Shown piece after piece: positions 47,549 to 58,511 of a stretch of DNA of 64,000 nt. The translations under genes and the position numbers were made by a program. Source of the stretch: Cyanobacteriota bacterium (GTDB lineage: Bacteria > Cyanobacteriota > Cyanobacteriia > Thermostichales > Thermostichaceae); the NCBI GenBank assembly GCA_033764955.1, contig JANRIL010000017.1:1-64000 (forward strand). The letters are read 5' to 3'. Every line of letters starts with the position of its first letter. Within the stretch, counting starts at the first letter, position 1. The notes under the pieces were generated by a model. That model worked only from the letters and a program-made list of their open reading frames with translations. It had not been told where the DNA came from and did not search any database.

Positions 47549-47849
47549 CGCGGTGCTAATCTCCACTAATTTTCACTAGCTGGTCCCTATTCAAGTAATA
47601 GCTATGAACTACTAGGATATTCTACAAGGTTAGCTTATTGAGAATAGAGCGCCTCGAAAATATAGGGGTGCTTGTTGAGAATAGCCTGGTATAACGTGGT
47701 TAATTTTCGCAATATGGCAATTAATCGAGGTTCTCAATAGATAACCTAGACTGAGGGTTGTAGACTTCGTTCATCCTCAATAAATACCTTACTGAATTTG
47801 TCAGCGTTACCCATAACGCACTACCGATCAACTAGCAAAAACCTCTCTC

Positions 47850-48881
47850 CTAGGGGAGGTTAAGTTGGGTAGTGCTGCCCCCTCGCACCGCCACAGTATT
47901 AGCTTGCCAGTTGATAGTAGCGGAACTACCGCGCACGGAGAGGTTTTGGTTGGGTTGTTGGTAGGCAACATTCCCTTGCGCCTCTACCACTGTCGAGCCG
48001 ACCTGCCAGGTCATCTGCCCCGCTTCCACCCGCAGTTGACTTTTATCCGAGCGTCCAACCACATTGCCCGTTACCACAATCTGCTGAGGAGGCCAAGGAG
48101 AGGTCATCCGATCCCCCTGTAGGTTTAACTGCTGTTCAGGATCGACAATTTCAACAGATCCCTGCGCTTGCAGTGATTGCTGAGCTAGGTCAAACCCAAC
48201 GGTGGTGGCTGCTACTTGTAGGTTGGGCTGACTGACACTTCCCCGCACCGGCTCTCCGGAGGAGTTGGCTAAGGTGATTTGCTGGTCAGCAAAATTGACG
48301 GTTAAGCGATCAGATTGCAACTGCCATCTGCTAGCGGATCCCTCAGCCTGAAGATTTTGCTGCAAGATGACTTGACCGGTAGCGGTCAAGAGATTCTCTT
48401 CGGGCAACCATTCCACCCGATCCGCCTGCACCTCCACCTGATCGTGGGCGGAAAGCACACGGACGGATCCCGTCAGTTCCAGCCTTTTGTCGAGGGGATA
48501 GACGGATCCGCGATCCGCCAGCATGGTGATGGCACGGTTTTGGGGATCATAAAACTCCCCTGCCACAGTTTCTAAGCTAGCTGAAACTCCTTCGTTGTCG
48601 TAAGTAGCCTGTTGAGCGCTCACCTTCCACAAGATACGTCCATTGGGTTGAGATTCCGTCAGGGTAATGTTTTGGTAGGTGAGGTTGGGGCTAGCGGATC
48701 CGGCAACGCTCTCCGTTGTGGACGGGTTGGACTCCGGCAATGGGGGGGCACAAGCTGCCAGCATGGTCAGCAGCAGACCCAAGCTGCTCATTCGCCAAGA
48801 ATTGTCCATCTTGCTGATCATCCCTTCGTCCTGATGCCTCAAGCCTATACTGTTGGCGGAGATAACCGGATCCCTGCTCAT
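47850..48881 (-). CDS. LptC/OstA-like LPS export periplasmic lipoprotein
   Basis: Lipobox LAAC; LTYQNITLTES..GRILWKVSAQQATY; beta-jellyroll repeats (ATGQV, AQGSV, VTGNV, AQGNV); real start probably downstream of 48881. Confidence 0.8.
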   Translation of the reverse strand: MSRDPVISANSIGLRHQDEGMISKMDNSWRMSSLGLLLTMLAACAPPLPESNPSTTESVAGSASPNLTYQNITLTESQPNGRILWKVSAQQATYDNEGVSASLETVAGEFYDPQNRAITMLADRGSVYPLDKRLELTGSVRVLSAHDQVEVQADRVEWLPEENLLTATGQVILQQNLQAEGSASRWQLQSDRLTVNFADQQITLANSSGEPVRGSVSQPNLQVAATTVGFDLAQQSLQAQGSVEIVDPEQQLNLQGDRMTSPWPPQQIVVTGNVVGRSDKSQLRVEAGQMTWQVGSTVVEAQGNVAYQQPNQNLSVRGSSATINWQANTVAVRGGSTTQLNLP

Positions 48882-49061
48882 GTTTATATCTTGGATTGTT
48901 CCCTCACTCTAGCCAATCCTGACCAGGGATCCCTATCAGGTCTGGGTTTGTGGCTCTGTGATTAACGGACGGATTGCCAGGGCTGAGTCTGCCTGCTCTG
49001 ATGGCGAGTGTTAGGATAGGTTACGAAGCGTATTCATCCATCGGCAGAGGGTTTATCCGGC

Positions 49062-49877
49062 ATGTTTCTGACCACCAGCCCCTACTTTCTCATGGCCGCG
49101 TTGACTGCGTTAGCCAGTGGTGGCATTTTTGCAATCCGCTACATTAAGCCGGAGGCCGCCCGTGAGTATGACGTGATCTTTGCCACGATGGGTCTGATTT
49201 ATGCAGGCTGCCTCCTCCTGGAAGGACAACGCCTCATTCCTTTACTATTTTTTGCCCAAGTATTGTTGGCCGTGATGGCGGGTTGGTTTGCTCTAGAAAC
49301 CTTTCGCTTGCGCTTGCAGTTAATGGAAAAATCCAAGCAAGTTGTCGGCAAAGGAGGGCGACGAGAAGGGTTTAATCGCACCTATCGACCCAATGAGTAT
49401 GAATCCGGTCGCACCGTGAGTACCCGCCGTGGTGATGCCCGCATGCGCGATGGTGCCGGCAGTCGCACCATTGCCAGCCGTGATAACGGGGATCCCCGCC
49501 ATCCTCCCGCCCGTCGCCGTCCCCCGCAGTTGACCGCCGATACGACGGTTGCTCCACGCCGCTCCCCCAAACCTGCTCCGTTGGAAGACGACATCGATAC
49601 CTATGAGGGAGAGGAGTATGACCGTTGGGAGGACAGAGATAACAGTCCGCCTCCCCCTTCAGAGCGTCGCCCTGCTGGTAGCAGACCCCGTCCCCCTGCT
49701 GATGATAATTTTGGGGAAGAGGATGCTCCCCGTTCTGAGCGCTCCGATAGCCCTGCGGCAGGATCCCGTCGCCGTCCGCCCCGTCTTCCTGATCAAGGGG
49801 AACCCGAAAACCGTCCGCCCCGCCGCGTCATCCAGGTGGAGCCTGTGATTGAGGATAACGATGAGGATGATGTATAG
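49062..49877 (+). CDS. ycf66: Ycf66 family protein
   Basis: KPEAAREYDVIFA, GQRLIPLLFFAQVLL, ETFRLR; R/P/D-rich disordered tail. Confidence 0.85.
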   Translation: MFLTTSPYFLMAALTALASGGIFAIRYIKPEAAREYDVIFATMGLIYAGCLLLEGQRLIPLLFFAQVLLAVMAGWFALETFRLRLQLMEKSKQVVGKGGRREGFNRTYRPNEYESGRTVSTRRGDARMRDGAGSRTIASRDNGDPRHPPARRRPPQLTADTTVAPRRSPKPAPLEDDIDTYEGEEYDRWEDRDNSPPPPSERRPAGSRPRPPADDNFGEEDAPRSERSDSPAAGSRRRPPRLPDQGEPENRPPRRVIQVEPVIEDNDEDDV

Positions 49878-49903
49878 GTCATTTTTGCCAGACTAGCCCA
49901 CTG

Positions 49904-49935
49904 GGGATCCCTTGCATCTAGGGATCCCATTTTTC
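49904..49935 (+). terminator. Putative terminator hairpin made of two GGGATCCC octamers
   Basis: GGGATCCC-TTGCATCTA-GGGATCCC-ATTTTTC between convergent genes. Confidence 0.45.
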
Positions 49936-49947
49936 TTCAAGACACTT

Positions 49948-50901
49948 TCAAGACATGGGTAGCTCTCCTTGCACCTCAAGGCGGGTATAGCTGCCCAACT
50001 GAACAAATCGCTCCGAGAGAGATTCAGCCGCAGATGGAGAAATCCACCCCATTTGGCGTAACAGGTGAATCGCTAGGGCATATTTGGCGCGGGAGGCTCC
50101 ATCAGCCACCTTGATCGCCAGTCCTAGTCCCTCTCCCACCCGCCCAATACATTGGATCCCTTCCGCTCCCGACTTACTGACCAGATCTCCCTGGGTAAAT
50201 CTCATCAACTCCGTATCAAAATGTCCGGATCCCGCCACCATATCCGGGTGATGGGTCATCGAGCGGGTGAGTGACTCCAGTTCAGGACGATAGCCTGCGG
50301 TCAACTGAGCATAGAGACTGGCCATCTGCCCCAACTGCAATTGATAGGTGGGCACCCCACAATCATCACGGGCGGAGAGAAATTCGTCGGCGGGCATGTG
50401 CAAAAGATCCGCCAGTTGGGAGCGAATCAACACCTGCACGGGATGGTGGCGATTTGCATAATCGTGCAAACTCCAGTTTTGGGTACGGCAGGCCATCAAC
50501 ATGCCAGCGTGCTTACCGGAGCAGTTGTGACAAAGGGCACTGGGCTTGCCCACCGGAATCGGACAGGTGAGATGTTCGGGTTCCAGATCGGCTCGCCACA
50601 GCATCCCAAAGACCTGACGGGCATGGGTCATCGTTCCCTGATGGGATCCACACAAAATCGCCAGATCCCGCTCAGAAAGGTGATAGCGCTCTCGAATGCC
50701 CGCCGATAAGACCGCCATTGCCTGAAAGGGCTTGAGGCTGGATCGGGCAAATACCTCCGTAGTTGGACTCCCCGCCCCTGTCAATGGTCGCCCCCGCTCA
50801 TCCGCCACAATCGCCTGACAATAATGCACCGATTCAAGCAGCCCTTCTCGCAACAGATGAACCGAGAGCGGAGAGTTAAAAGATCGAGAGTCGAATGACA
50901 T
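49948..50901 (-). CDS. L-asparaginase II family protein
   Basis: REGLLESVH, RSSLKPFQA, GSHQG, HNCSGKHAGM, DDCGVP, SKSGAEG. Confidence 0.92.
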   Translation of the reverse strand: MSFDSRSFNSPLSVHLLREGLLESVHYCQAIVADERGRPLTGAGSPTTEVFARSSLKPFQAMAVLSAGIRERYHLSERDLAILCGSHQGTMTHARQVFGMLWRADLEPEHLTCPIPVGKPSALCHNCSGKHAGMLMACRTQNWSLHDYANRHHPVQVLIRSQLADLLHMPADEFLSARDDCGVPTYQLQLGQMASLYAQLTAGYRPELESLTRSMTHHPDMVAGSGHFDTELMRFTQGDLVSKSGAEGIQCIGRVGEGLGLAIKVADGASRAKYALAIHLLRQMGWISPSAAESLSERFVQLGSYTRLEVQGELPMS

Positions 50902-50945
50902 GGAGGGGAATTATAGATAGCTTATCCAGAGTAAAACCATTCTCA

Positions 50946-51599
50946 TCACTCTACAGCAGTTGCTTCCGTCCTGCCTGAGGGATCTCGGTGAGCCTGGTGT
51001 TGGGTGTAGTCACGGATTTGCTCAATGGTCAACAGACAGCGAAAGGGAAGACCCGCCGCTTGATAGCGTTCCTGTCCGCCCTCCTGCCGATCCACCAAGG
51101 CCAAAATTCCCCCCACCCGATAACCCGCCTCCGCCACCCGTTCTGCCGCTTGCAGGGCGGATCCCCCCGTAGTTACCACATCCTCCAAAATCCAGATTAA
51201 GGTTCCCACCTCTAGGGTCGGGCCTTCTAGCCAAGCCTGGGTGCCGTGGCCTTTTGGTTGCTTGCGGACAATCAGGGCGGGCAGATTGTGGAGATGACCT
51301 CTCTCATAAACGGAAGCCAAACTGACCGCCGACACCAAGGGATCCGCCCCCAGGGTCATGCCTGCTACTGCCTGGGTTTCGGGGGGCAAGAGAGCCAGCA
51401 ATAACTCCCCCACCAAGAACCCTCCCTGCGGATGCAACATGACGGGCTTGCAGTTGATGTAATAGTCACTCTGCCGACCGGAGGTGAGGGTAAAGGATCC
51501 CTGCCGATAGGACAACTGACTGATCAGCCACAACAACGACTGTCGTTGTTGGGCGGGCGAAAGCTGAAGGGGAGAATCGGGCAAAAGCAGTAGCGTCAT
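50946..51599 (-). CDS. pyrE: Orotate phosphoribosyltransferase
   Basis: FTLTSGRQSDYYINCK, VRKQPKGHG, LEDVVTTGGS, LVDRQEGG. Confidence 0.96.
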   Translation of the reverse strand: MTLLLLPDSPLQLSPAQQRQSLLWLISQLSYRQGSFTLTSGRQSDYYINCKPVMLHPQGGFLVGELLLALLPPETQAVAGMTLGADPLVSAVSLASVYERGHLHNLPALIVRKQPKGHGTQAWLEGPTLEVGTLIWILEDVVTTGGSALQAAERVAEAGYRVGGILALVDRQEGGQERYQAAGLPFRCLLTIEQIRDYTQHQAHRDPSGRTEATAVE

Positions 51600-51855
51600 G
51601 TGTCGATTTTACGATCCTTTCCGATAGCAGGGATCCCTCTCATCTCCACACCGCTGGCGGAGATTGAAGGGAGTATTCATCGAGTAATGTAAACCGGATA
51701 TGTCTAGATATTGCGGTCTGTGAAAAATCCCAATAATTCGCAACCTGCAAACTTATAGTGAGGGGAAGCGGTAATTTTCAAGCATTCTCGACCGTAGTCA
51801 TTTTATCTTGCCAACACCTTGCCAAAGGTGATCTAGGATTGTTGGAGAATTTTTT

Positions 51856-52698
51856 ATGTCGCGTTTTCAAAACATTATTGTAGCGGTGGATGGCTCAGGT
51901 TCTTCTGAGCAAATGACCCAAACATTGCTTAAATTGCCGTTATTTGGCGGTTCAAAAATCACTCTGCTACACGCCGTTCCCTCGCAAATCTCGGCAGAAC
52001 AGATGCGGAGTGCCTGGGAAAAGGGGCAAAAAGTGCTGGCGGCAGCCTTGGATGGGTTGGTGGTGCAGCCAGGAGTGCCGGTAACCACTCAGTTGATCGA
52101 AGGGGATCCCAAGGTGGTGGTTTGTGACGTGGCGCAGTCGTTACCGGATCCGTTAATTGTCATGGGATCCCGTGGGCAAAATCGGCTGGCCGCCATTCTA
52201 CAAAACTCCGTCAGTCAATATGTGTTTCAGTTGGCCTCTTGCCCGATGCTACTGGTCAAAGACGATATCTTTATCAAGCAGACCAACCGAGTTTTGGTGG
52301 CGCTGGATGGCTCGGCGGGTGCTCAACGAGCCTTTGAACTGGCGGTGATGTTGATCCGCGATGTGCCAGGAGGACAACTGTCGCTGGTGAAAGTTCAATT
52401 GGATACCAACAATGTTTCCGATGACCCCATCCTGACCAAGGCGATAGATACTCTAAAGCGGCAGCATATTGCCCATCGGGTTTTTACGGCGATTGGGGAT
52501 CCCGGTACGGAAATTATCCGCGTGGCGGGGGAAAGTGGAGCCGATTTGTTGGTCATGGGATCCCCGGATCGCCGCCCCAGCGTGGCTCGTAATCTGCCCG
52601 ATTTGGATCGCTTGTTGGGCAAATCCACTTCTGACTATGTGCGGGTTCATGCCGAGTGTCCGGTGTTGATGGTGCGCTCTAGCCAGGATAAAGATTAG
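51856..52698 (+). CDS. Universal stress protein (tandem Usp domains)
   Basis: IIVAVDGS, GDP, IVMGSRG, SVSQYV, and a second domain VLVALDGS..LVMGS..CPVLMVR. Confidence 0.92.
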   Translation: MSRFQNIIVAVDGSGSSEQMTQTLLKLPLFGGSKITLLHAVPSQISAEQMRSAWEKGQKVLAAALDGLVVQPGVPVTTQLIEGDPKVVVCDVAQSLPDPLIVMGSRGQNRLAAILQNSVSQYVFQLASCPMLLVKDDIFIKQTNRVLVALDGSAGAQRAFELAVMLIRDVPGGQLSLVKVQLDTNNVSDDPILTKAIDTLKRQHIAHRVFTAIGDPGTEIIRVAGESGADLLVMGSPDRRPSVARNLPDLDRLLGKSTSDYVRVHAECPVLMVRSSQDKD

Positions 52699-52708
52699 TT
52701 GGGTGGGT

Positions 52709-53464
52709 TCAGGTTAGGTTGGCCGGGTCGATTCCCAATTCCTGTAACTTAGCGGCTAAGGCATCGGCTCGTTGTCGCTCCTGCTCGGCACGCTGTCGCT
52801 CCTGAAGAGCCTGTTCAGAACTCCACAGCAAAAGATGGCCATTGGGATCCCACCAGCGTAGCCAATGGGTGACTTGCCCCAATCGCTCCCCGTGCCAGAT
52901 ACCTAACCATAGCTGGAGAGCCGGGATCCAGAAACGCCCCTCGGCATTCGGTCGCTGAGCCTGATAGCAACCGTCGATGAGTTGGCGTACCTCTAAACGG
53001 AAGCGGTAGGGATCATAGGTAACATAGGTGGCAACCTGGAGAATTTGCTCGTAGAAGTAAAGCTTGCCAAAGGGGGGAGTGGAGCGGATCGACAATTCTC
53101 CACCGTCGGTTTCGGAGAGAAACTCCATGACGATCTCAACGGTTGACCCCTCGGCGTGGGGAGCATAGCTACGGCGAATGGTTCCGGCGGCAACCGGATG
53201 GGCAGATGGAACGTAAAACCAGTCAGGAGCCTTGACCACCCATTTGTCGTCGATGGTTGCCACCAAAGCAAAGTTGGTTCCCATCAACATCTGAGGCTGA
53301 ATCCGGCCTGCGGATCCTAGAGCATCGGTTAAGGCGGCGGCAAGGGCAGGTTGTTGGAGGTTTTCCACCGGCTCATCTGGTAGCACAACATCATGGGGAA
53401 GCGCTTCCCACCGAATGCTGGGTTCGTTTTGCTGAGGAAGAACGGGAGCAAGGGGTGGAACCAT
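52709..53464 (-). CDS. Uma2 family endonuclease
   Basis: LPDEPVEN, KAPDWFYVP, IVMEFLSET, GKLYFYEQIL, WLRWWD, QERQRAE repeats. Confidence 0.92.
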   Translation of the reverse strand: MVPPLAPVLPQQNEPSIRWEALPHDVVLPDEPVENLQQPALAAALTDALGSAGRIQPQMLMGTNFALVATIDDKWVVKAPDWFYVPSAHPVAAGTIRRSYAPHAEGSTVEIVMEFLSETDGGELSIRSTPPFGKLYFYEQILQVATYVTYDPYRFRLEVRQLIDGCYQAQRPNAEGRFWIPALQLWLGIWHGERLGQVTHWLRWWDPNGHLLLWSSEQALQERQRAEQERQRADALAAKLQELGIDPANLT

Positions 53465-53530
53465 ACGGAAGGGATCCCGAATCAGGGCTTGTGGATCATC
53501 TTAGCCCCCGCTCTAGGCAGGAGGGGATCC

Positions 53531-55123
53531 CTAGCTCTCCGGTTTGAGGAGGGGAAAGGCAATCACGTCTCGAATGCTGGGGAGATCTAGTAACAACATT
53601 GCCAACCGATCAATGCCCATGCCCATGCCCCCGGTGGGAGGCAGACCATATTCCAGGGCGGTGATAAAGTCTTCATCCAAAAAGTGAGCTTCCTCGTGAC
53701 CGGCTGCTTTCAGGGCGGCTTGTCGCTCCAGACGTTGCCGTTGATCCACCGGATCGGTTAGCTCCGAATAACTATTGGCAAGTTCTCGACCCACCACATA
53801 CAGTTCAAAACGTTCCACCAATCCGGGTTTGTGGCGGTGGGGGCGGGTGAGGGGGGAAACTTCCACCGGATAGTCGAGGACAAAGGTGGGTTGACGCAGT
53901 TGTTCTTCACAGCGCTCTTCAAAAACCTTGACCAGCACTTCTCCCACCGAGGTGGCTTCAGCTAAGCCAGGGATCCCCGGATCCCATCCCTTATCCAGCA
54001 AGGCCTGCCGCAGTACCCCGACATCTTGAAATTGTGTGAAATCAAGACCCGTTGCTGCTGCCACCAACTCGTGCATGGTCACCCGTCGCCAAGGGGGGGT
54101 TAAGTCAATCGGCTCTCCTTGATAGGTGAGAAGTAGGGATCCCTTAACCGCCTGAGCCGCCTGGGTAATCAAAGCTTCGGTCAGATCCATCATTGTCTGG
54201 TAGTCGGCATAGGCTTGATAGACTTCCAGGGTGGTAAATTCGGGATTATGGCGGGTGGAGATACCTTCATTGCGAAAGATCCGGCCAATTTCATAGACCC
54301 GCTCGATCCCACCAACGACCAATTTTTTTAGATAAAGCTCCGTAGCAATCCGCAGATAAAGGTCTAAATCTAGGGTGTTGTGGTGGGTGATAAAGGGACG
54401 AGCTTCCGCCCCTCCCGGAATCGGCTGGAGAACGGGGGTTTCAATTTCGACAAAATCCTGCTGATCCAGGCTTTGACGAATCGAGCGGACAATCAGAGAA
54501 CGCTGGCGGAGGGTTTGCCTTACCTCAGGATTGACGATCAAATCTACATAGCGCTGTCGATATCGCTTTTCGATATCTTTGAGACCATGCCATTTGTCCG
54601 GTAGAGGCAGCAGCGATTTGCTGAGGAGTTGATATTCCTCCACCACTACCGATAGTTCCCCCTTGTCGGTGCGTTTCAGGGATCCCTTAGCGCCCATCCA
54701 ATCTCCGGCATCGGTGAGTTTTTCTAAAATTTTGAAAGCGCCATCCCCCATCTGGGCAGTAATCTGCTTTTTATCCAGATAAAGCTGGATCAGACCGGAG
54801 CGATCCTGAATCGTAAAAAATGCCAGCTTGCCCATCACCCGCCGTGTCATGATTCGTCCGGCCACTGACACCTTGACTTCAGGCAACTCAGCCCCCGCTG
54901 ACAAGTCTTGATACTGGGTTTGCAGGGTTTGGGCTAAATGCTGTGGGTCATAGCTATAGGCATAGGGCAACACCCCCTGAGCCCGTAGTTCCTCTACTTT
55001 TTGTAGCCGCGCCCGCTTGAGAGCATTCAGATCGACGGGTTCCACTTGCTGCTTGGGATCCATGGGTTTTGGATCCATCGGTTGAGAAGTGGTCACCGCT
55101 GGATCCGAATGGGGAGAAGCCAT
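53531..55123 (-). CDS. lysS: Lysine--tRNA ligase
   Basis: [44 protein letters not shown]. Confidence 0.98.
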   Translation of the reverse strand: MASPHSDPAVTTSQPMDPKPMDPKQQVEPVDLNALKRARLQKVEELRAQGVLPYAYSYDPQHLAQTLQTQYQDLSAGAELPEVKVSVAGRIMTRRVMGKLAFFTIQDRSGLIQLYLDKKQITAQMGDGAFKILEKLTDAGDWMGAKGSLKRTDKGELSVVVEEYQLLSKSLLPLPDKWHGLKDIEKRYRQRYVDLIVNPEVRQTLRQRSLIVRSIRQSLDQQDFVEIETPVLQPIPGGAEARPFITHHNTLDLDLYLRIATELYLKKLVVGGIERVYEIGRIFRNEGISTRHNPEFTTLEVYQAYADYQTMMDLTEALITQAAQAVKGSLLLTYQGEPIDLTPPWRRVTMHELVAAATGLDFTQFQDVGVLRQALLDKGWDPGIPGLAEATSVGEVLVKVFEERCEEQLRQPTFVLDYPVEVSPLTRPHRHKPGLVERFELYVVGRELANSYSELTDPVDQRQRLERQAALKAAGHEEAHFLDEDFITALEYGLPPTGGMGMGIDRLAMLLLDLPSIRDVIAFPLLKPES

Positions 55124-55169
55124 AAAGCAAGTACCAGGAAAGAAGAGTCTGTAAAAACAGGTTGCTTTC

Positions 55170-55949
55170 CTAGTTTAGGGCAGGGGAGAAGTGGAGATCG
55201 GCAAAACCCTCAAAAGTCGGTCGGGCAAAATAATATCCCTGAAATAAGTGAATGCCTGCTTCCCGTAGCGTCATCAACTCCTCGTAGGTTTCGATACCTT
55301 CAGCAATCACTTCACAGTTGAGTTCCCGTGAGACACTCAAAATGCCCAAAACAATCGACCGCCGCACTTTATCTTGATTGATGTGACGGGTCAACGCCAT
55401 GTCTAGTTTAATAATGTCCGGTTGAAATTCAGCTAACAGATTGAGTCCGGCATAGCCCGCCCCAAAATCGTCAATCGCGGTTTTGAAGCCAAGCCGCTGA
55501 TATTCTCGAATGATGCCGATCAGGTGTTGGTGATTTTCAATCCTTTCCCCTTCCGTAAACTCAAACATGATCTGATTCTGCGGAAAGTGATAGGTTTTGG
55601 CGGCTTCTAGGGTAGCTCGAATACAGGTTTCGGGGCGATAAATGGCATTGGGCAAAAAGTTAATGGATAAATAAGCCGATCCAATGGGCAAATGAGCGGC
55701 TAGTTGGATAGCCTTGGCTCGACAGGCTTGATCAAAACGATAACGATTTTCGGGATTGATCTGAGACAAAATGTAACTAGCTGGCTCTTGATTGAGGCCA
55801 CGCACGAGCGCTTCTTGGGCAAAAACCTGGCTGGTTTCCAGATCAATAATCGGCTGAAAAGCCATCGTAAAGTCAAAGCCTAGTCCTGCTCCTCTGACAC
55901 ATTCTGCACAGGACAGCAATGGAGGGGGTTCAGCGGGGGGCATATTCAT
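55170..55949 (-). CDS. Stand-alone EAL-domain c-di-GMP phosphodiesterase
   Basis: [51 protein letters not shown]-terminal CxxC. Confidence 0.92.
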   Translation of the reverse strand: MNMPPAEPPPLLSCAECVRGAGLGFDFTMAFQPIIDLETSQVFAQEALVRGLNQEPASYILSQINPENRYRFDQACRAKAIQLAAHLPIGSAYLSINFLPNAIYRPETCIRATLEAAKTYHFPQNQIMFEFTEGERIENHQHLIGIIREYQRLGFKTAIDDFGAGYAGLNLLAEFQPDIIKLDMALTRHINQDKVRRSIVLGILSVSRELNCEVIAEGIETYEELMTLREAGIHLFQGYYFARPTFEGFADLHFSPALN

Positions 55950-56172
55950 GGTCAACGGCGGGATCCCTGCTTGGGGGAAAAGTAGCGGACAATCGATTAG
56001 ATTGTTAGTTCTAATACATTTTACTACTGTATCATTTTTTGCCCACGCCAGCCTTGGATCCCGATAAGTTGAATCTATAAAAATTGGCTGCTCAAGCATG
56101 ATGCTCAAACAACCAATTTTATGGGGGGATGGGTGCTTGGAAAGGTTAAGTCGCTGAGGATCAATCAGCGGC

Positions 56173-58083
56173 TCAAGCCAGTTTAGGGATCCCGGCTTTT
56201 TCAGGAATAGGTACATACTCCGCCACAATCGCACGGAATTCATCCCCATCTAGGGTTTCCCGCTCGATCAATGTTTCGGCCAAGCGATCCAAGAGGGTGC
56301 GATTGGCTAGCAAGATAGCCAAAGCACGCTCATAGCAGAAATCAAGAATCTCCCGTACCTGCCGATCAATCTTGGCGGACACATCTTCCGAATATTCTGA
56401 GCGATTCATCCAACCACCGCCTAAAAACACTTCGCTGTTGGGGGAATCTAGCATGAGAGGACCTAGCTCCGACATACCGAACCGAGTCACCATCTGCCGA
56501 ACCAAATTGGTGTTTTGTTGCAGATCATTGCTGGCTCCGGTGGTGATTTCGGCATGGCCAAAAACAATCTCTTCGGCAGCCCGACCACCGTATCCCACGA
56601 CCACGCGATCTAAGAGCCAAGCACGGCTGTAGAGACCACTGTCAATTTGCTCCTCATTAGGAAGCTGCTGGGCAAAGCCTCCGGCTCCACTGGAACGGGG
56701 AATAATCGTCACCTTGTTAAGAGGATCCGCATGTTCGAGGAGGGTCATCAAAAGGGCATGGCCCGATTCGTGATAGGCAATCAGCCGCTTACTTTTGCCA
56801 TCCAGTAGGGGAGGCTTGGTTAAGCCAATCGTGATCCGATCAATCGCATCATCAATGTCCTGGTTGCTAACCGCTTTTTTCTGACGACGGGCAGCCAGAA
56901 TAGCCGCTTCATTCAGGAGGTTAGCCAGATCCGCGCCCGCAAAGCCAGGAGTGCGGCGAGCAATCGCTTCTAGATTTACCTCTTCCGCCAGTTTTTTATC
57001 ACGGGCATGGACGCGCAAAATCTCATAACGCCCCTTAAAGCTGGGTCGATCCACGGTCACCTGCCGATCAAAACGCCCCGGACGAAGCAGAGCCGCATCC
57101 AAAACATCGGGGCGATTAGTGGCCGCGATGATGATGATACCTGTGTTTCCCTCAAATCCGTCCATTTCGGTGAGCAGTTGGTTGAGGGTTTGTTCCCGCT
57201 CGTCGTTCCCTCCACCGATACCCGCTCCCCGTTGCCGACCGACCGCATCGATTTCATCAATAAAAATGATGCAGGGGGCGTTTTCTTTGGCTTTCTTGAA
57301 GAGATCCCGTACCCGTGAAGCTCCTACCCCCACAAACATCTCGACAAATTCCGAGCCGGAGATAGAAAAGAAGGGAACTCCCGCTTCACCGGCAATCGCC
57401 TTGGCTAGTAACGTTTTGCCGGTTCCGGGTGGCCCCACCAGCAACACACCCTTGGGAATCTTCGCTCCCACTGCCGTAAACCGTTCCGGTTTTTTCAGGA
57501 AAGTCACCACCTCTTGCAGTTCTTCTTTGGCCTCTTCGATACCCGCCACATCATCAAACTTGATGCCCGTTTTAGCCTCCATCTGGAAGCGGGCACGGGA
57601 CTTGCCAAAGTTCATCGCTTGTCCGGGACCACTGGCTCCCCCCCCCGCCCGGCGCAGGAAAAAGAAGAGAACACCCAGCAAGAGCAGGGGAAAGACTAGA
57701 TTACCCAAAATCGCTAGAAAGGCTCCGTTGTCGCGGGAGGGCAGAAAACTCACCTCAATCCCTTCTTCCGTTAGGCGATTGGCAAGCTGCGGCACCGTGC
57801 TAGGGATCAACGTGACCCGAAAGCGCTCAATCTTTTCGGTTTCGGAGTCTTTGGCAGTGACCTCCGCGATGGTGTTGTTCTCGGTGATGCGGACATCCGT
57901 GACCCGCCCTTCTTCCACATATTTGAGAAAGCGGCCATAGGTCATGCCTGCTGTCGTAACCGCTAGGGCTGGGGAGGATTGCAGTTGCCAACCGGATCCC
58001 TGCCAAAGGCAAAGTCCCAATAGCAAGGCAAAGGCAAAGCGCATCCATCGGGAGGAGCGGAATCGTGCGTGAGGGTTATCCAT
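56173..58083 (-). CDS. ftsH: ATP-dependent zinc metalloprotease FtsH
   Basis: [26 protein letters not shown] zinc motif; two TM segments. Confidence 0.97.
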   Translation of the reverse strand: MDNPHARFRSSRWMRFAFALLLGLCLWQGSGWQLQSSPALAVTTAGMTYGRFLKYVEEGRVTDVRITENNTIAEVTAKDSETEKIERFRVTLIPSTVPQLANRLTEEGIEVSFLPSRDNGAFLAILGNLVFPLLLLGVLFFFLRRAGGGASGPGQAMNFGKSRARFQMEAKTGIKFDDVAGIEEAKEELQEVVTFLKKPERFTAVGAKIPKGVLLVGPPGTGKTLLAKAIAGEAGVPFFSISGSEFVEMFVGVGASRVRDLFKKAKENAPCIIFIDEIDAVGRQRGAGIGGGNDEREQTLNQLLTEMDGFEGNTGIIIIAATNRPDVLDAALLRPGRFDRQVTVDRPSFKGRYEILRVHARDKKLAEEVNLEAIARRTPGFAGADLANLLNEAAILAARRQKKAVSNQDIDDAIDRITIGLTKPPLLDGKSKRLIAYHESGHALLMTLLEHADPLNKVTIIPRSSGAGGFAQQLPNEEQIDSGLYSRAWLLDRVVVGYGGRAAEEIVFGHAEITTGASNDLQQNTNLVRQMVTRFGMSELGPLMLDSPNSEVFLGGGWMNRSEYSEDVSAKIDRQVREILDFCYERALAILLANRTLLDRLAETLIERETLDGDEFRAIVAEYVPIPEKAGIPKLA

Positions 58084-58298
58084 GTCGGGGATGAAAACTG
58101 AGGTTTATGAAGATACTTTAATAAACTTAACCTGTGCTAGGGGATCCCAACAAGTCTCAACAGGTCTGGGTTGCTATAGAAAGCCGACTCCCCCGACTAA
58201 CCCCCTTGCCCACAAGCCCTAGAATGGGGGTTCGCATCCCTAGCTTTCCTGGCTACTCACTAACCGTTCTCATAGGGGATCCCTTTGTCAATTCATGG

Positions 58299-58511
58299 TT
58301 AAGTGGGGCTGCCCACCATCCATTCAACCGAAAACCGATCGGGGCCTGCCACCACTTGCCGACTCGACAAGGCATTGATCAAGTTTTCTAAGGCTAGTAA
58401 ATCGGCTTCCGTACATACCCCCTGTTGCAGGAGGGCATCAAGATGTCGCTCTTGGCTGGTGGTCAACACTTGCAAGGCCAACACCTGATCGACAACGGTT
58501 TGAATAGACAT
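58299..58511 (-). CDS. Small cyanobacterial hypothetical protein (70 aa)
   Basis: GGAGGGAGAG RBS; IQTVVDQVLALQVLTTSQERHL..DLLALENLINAL pattern. Confidence 0.7.
   Translation of the reverse strand: MSIQTVVDQVLALQVLTTSQERHLDALLQQGVCTEADLLALENLINALSSRQVVAGPDRFSVEWMVGSPT

Noticed and set aside
46856..48881. NYN gene as the housekeeping labA-like neighbour of lptC
   Set aside because: It is downstream of lptC, bounded by attC sites and lacks host octamers, so adjacency looks coincidental
52760..52810. Short tandem repeat in the Uma2 3' end
   Set aside because: Ordinary QERQRAE coiled-coil repeats typical of the family
55052..55081. 15 bp imperfect tandem duplication (PMDPK x2) in the lysS N-terminus
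   Set aside because: Small in-frame duplication in a variable tail; no evidence of function
55950..56249. 100 aa N-terminal extension of the EAL protein overlapping ftsH
   Set aside because: Not domain-like; EAL homology starts near Met 55949
57119..57940. 273 aa + strand ORF antisense to ftsH
   Set aside because: Shadow ORF of a highly conserved gene; no protein-like motifs
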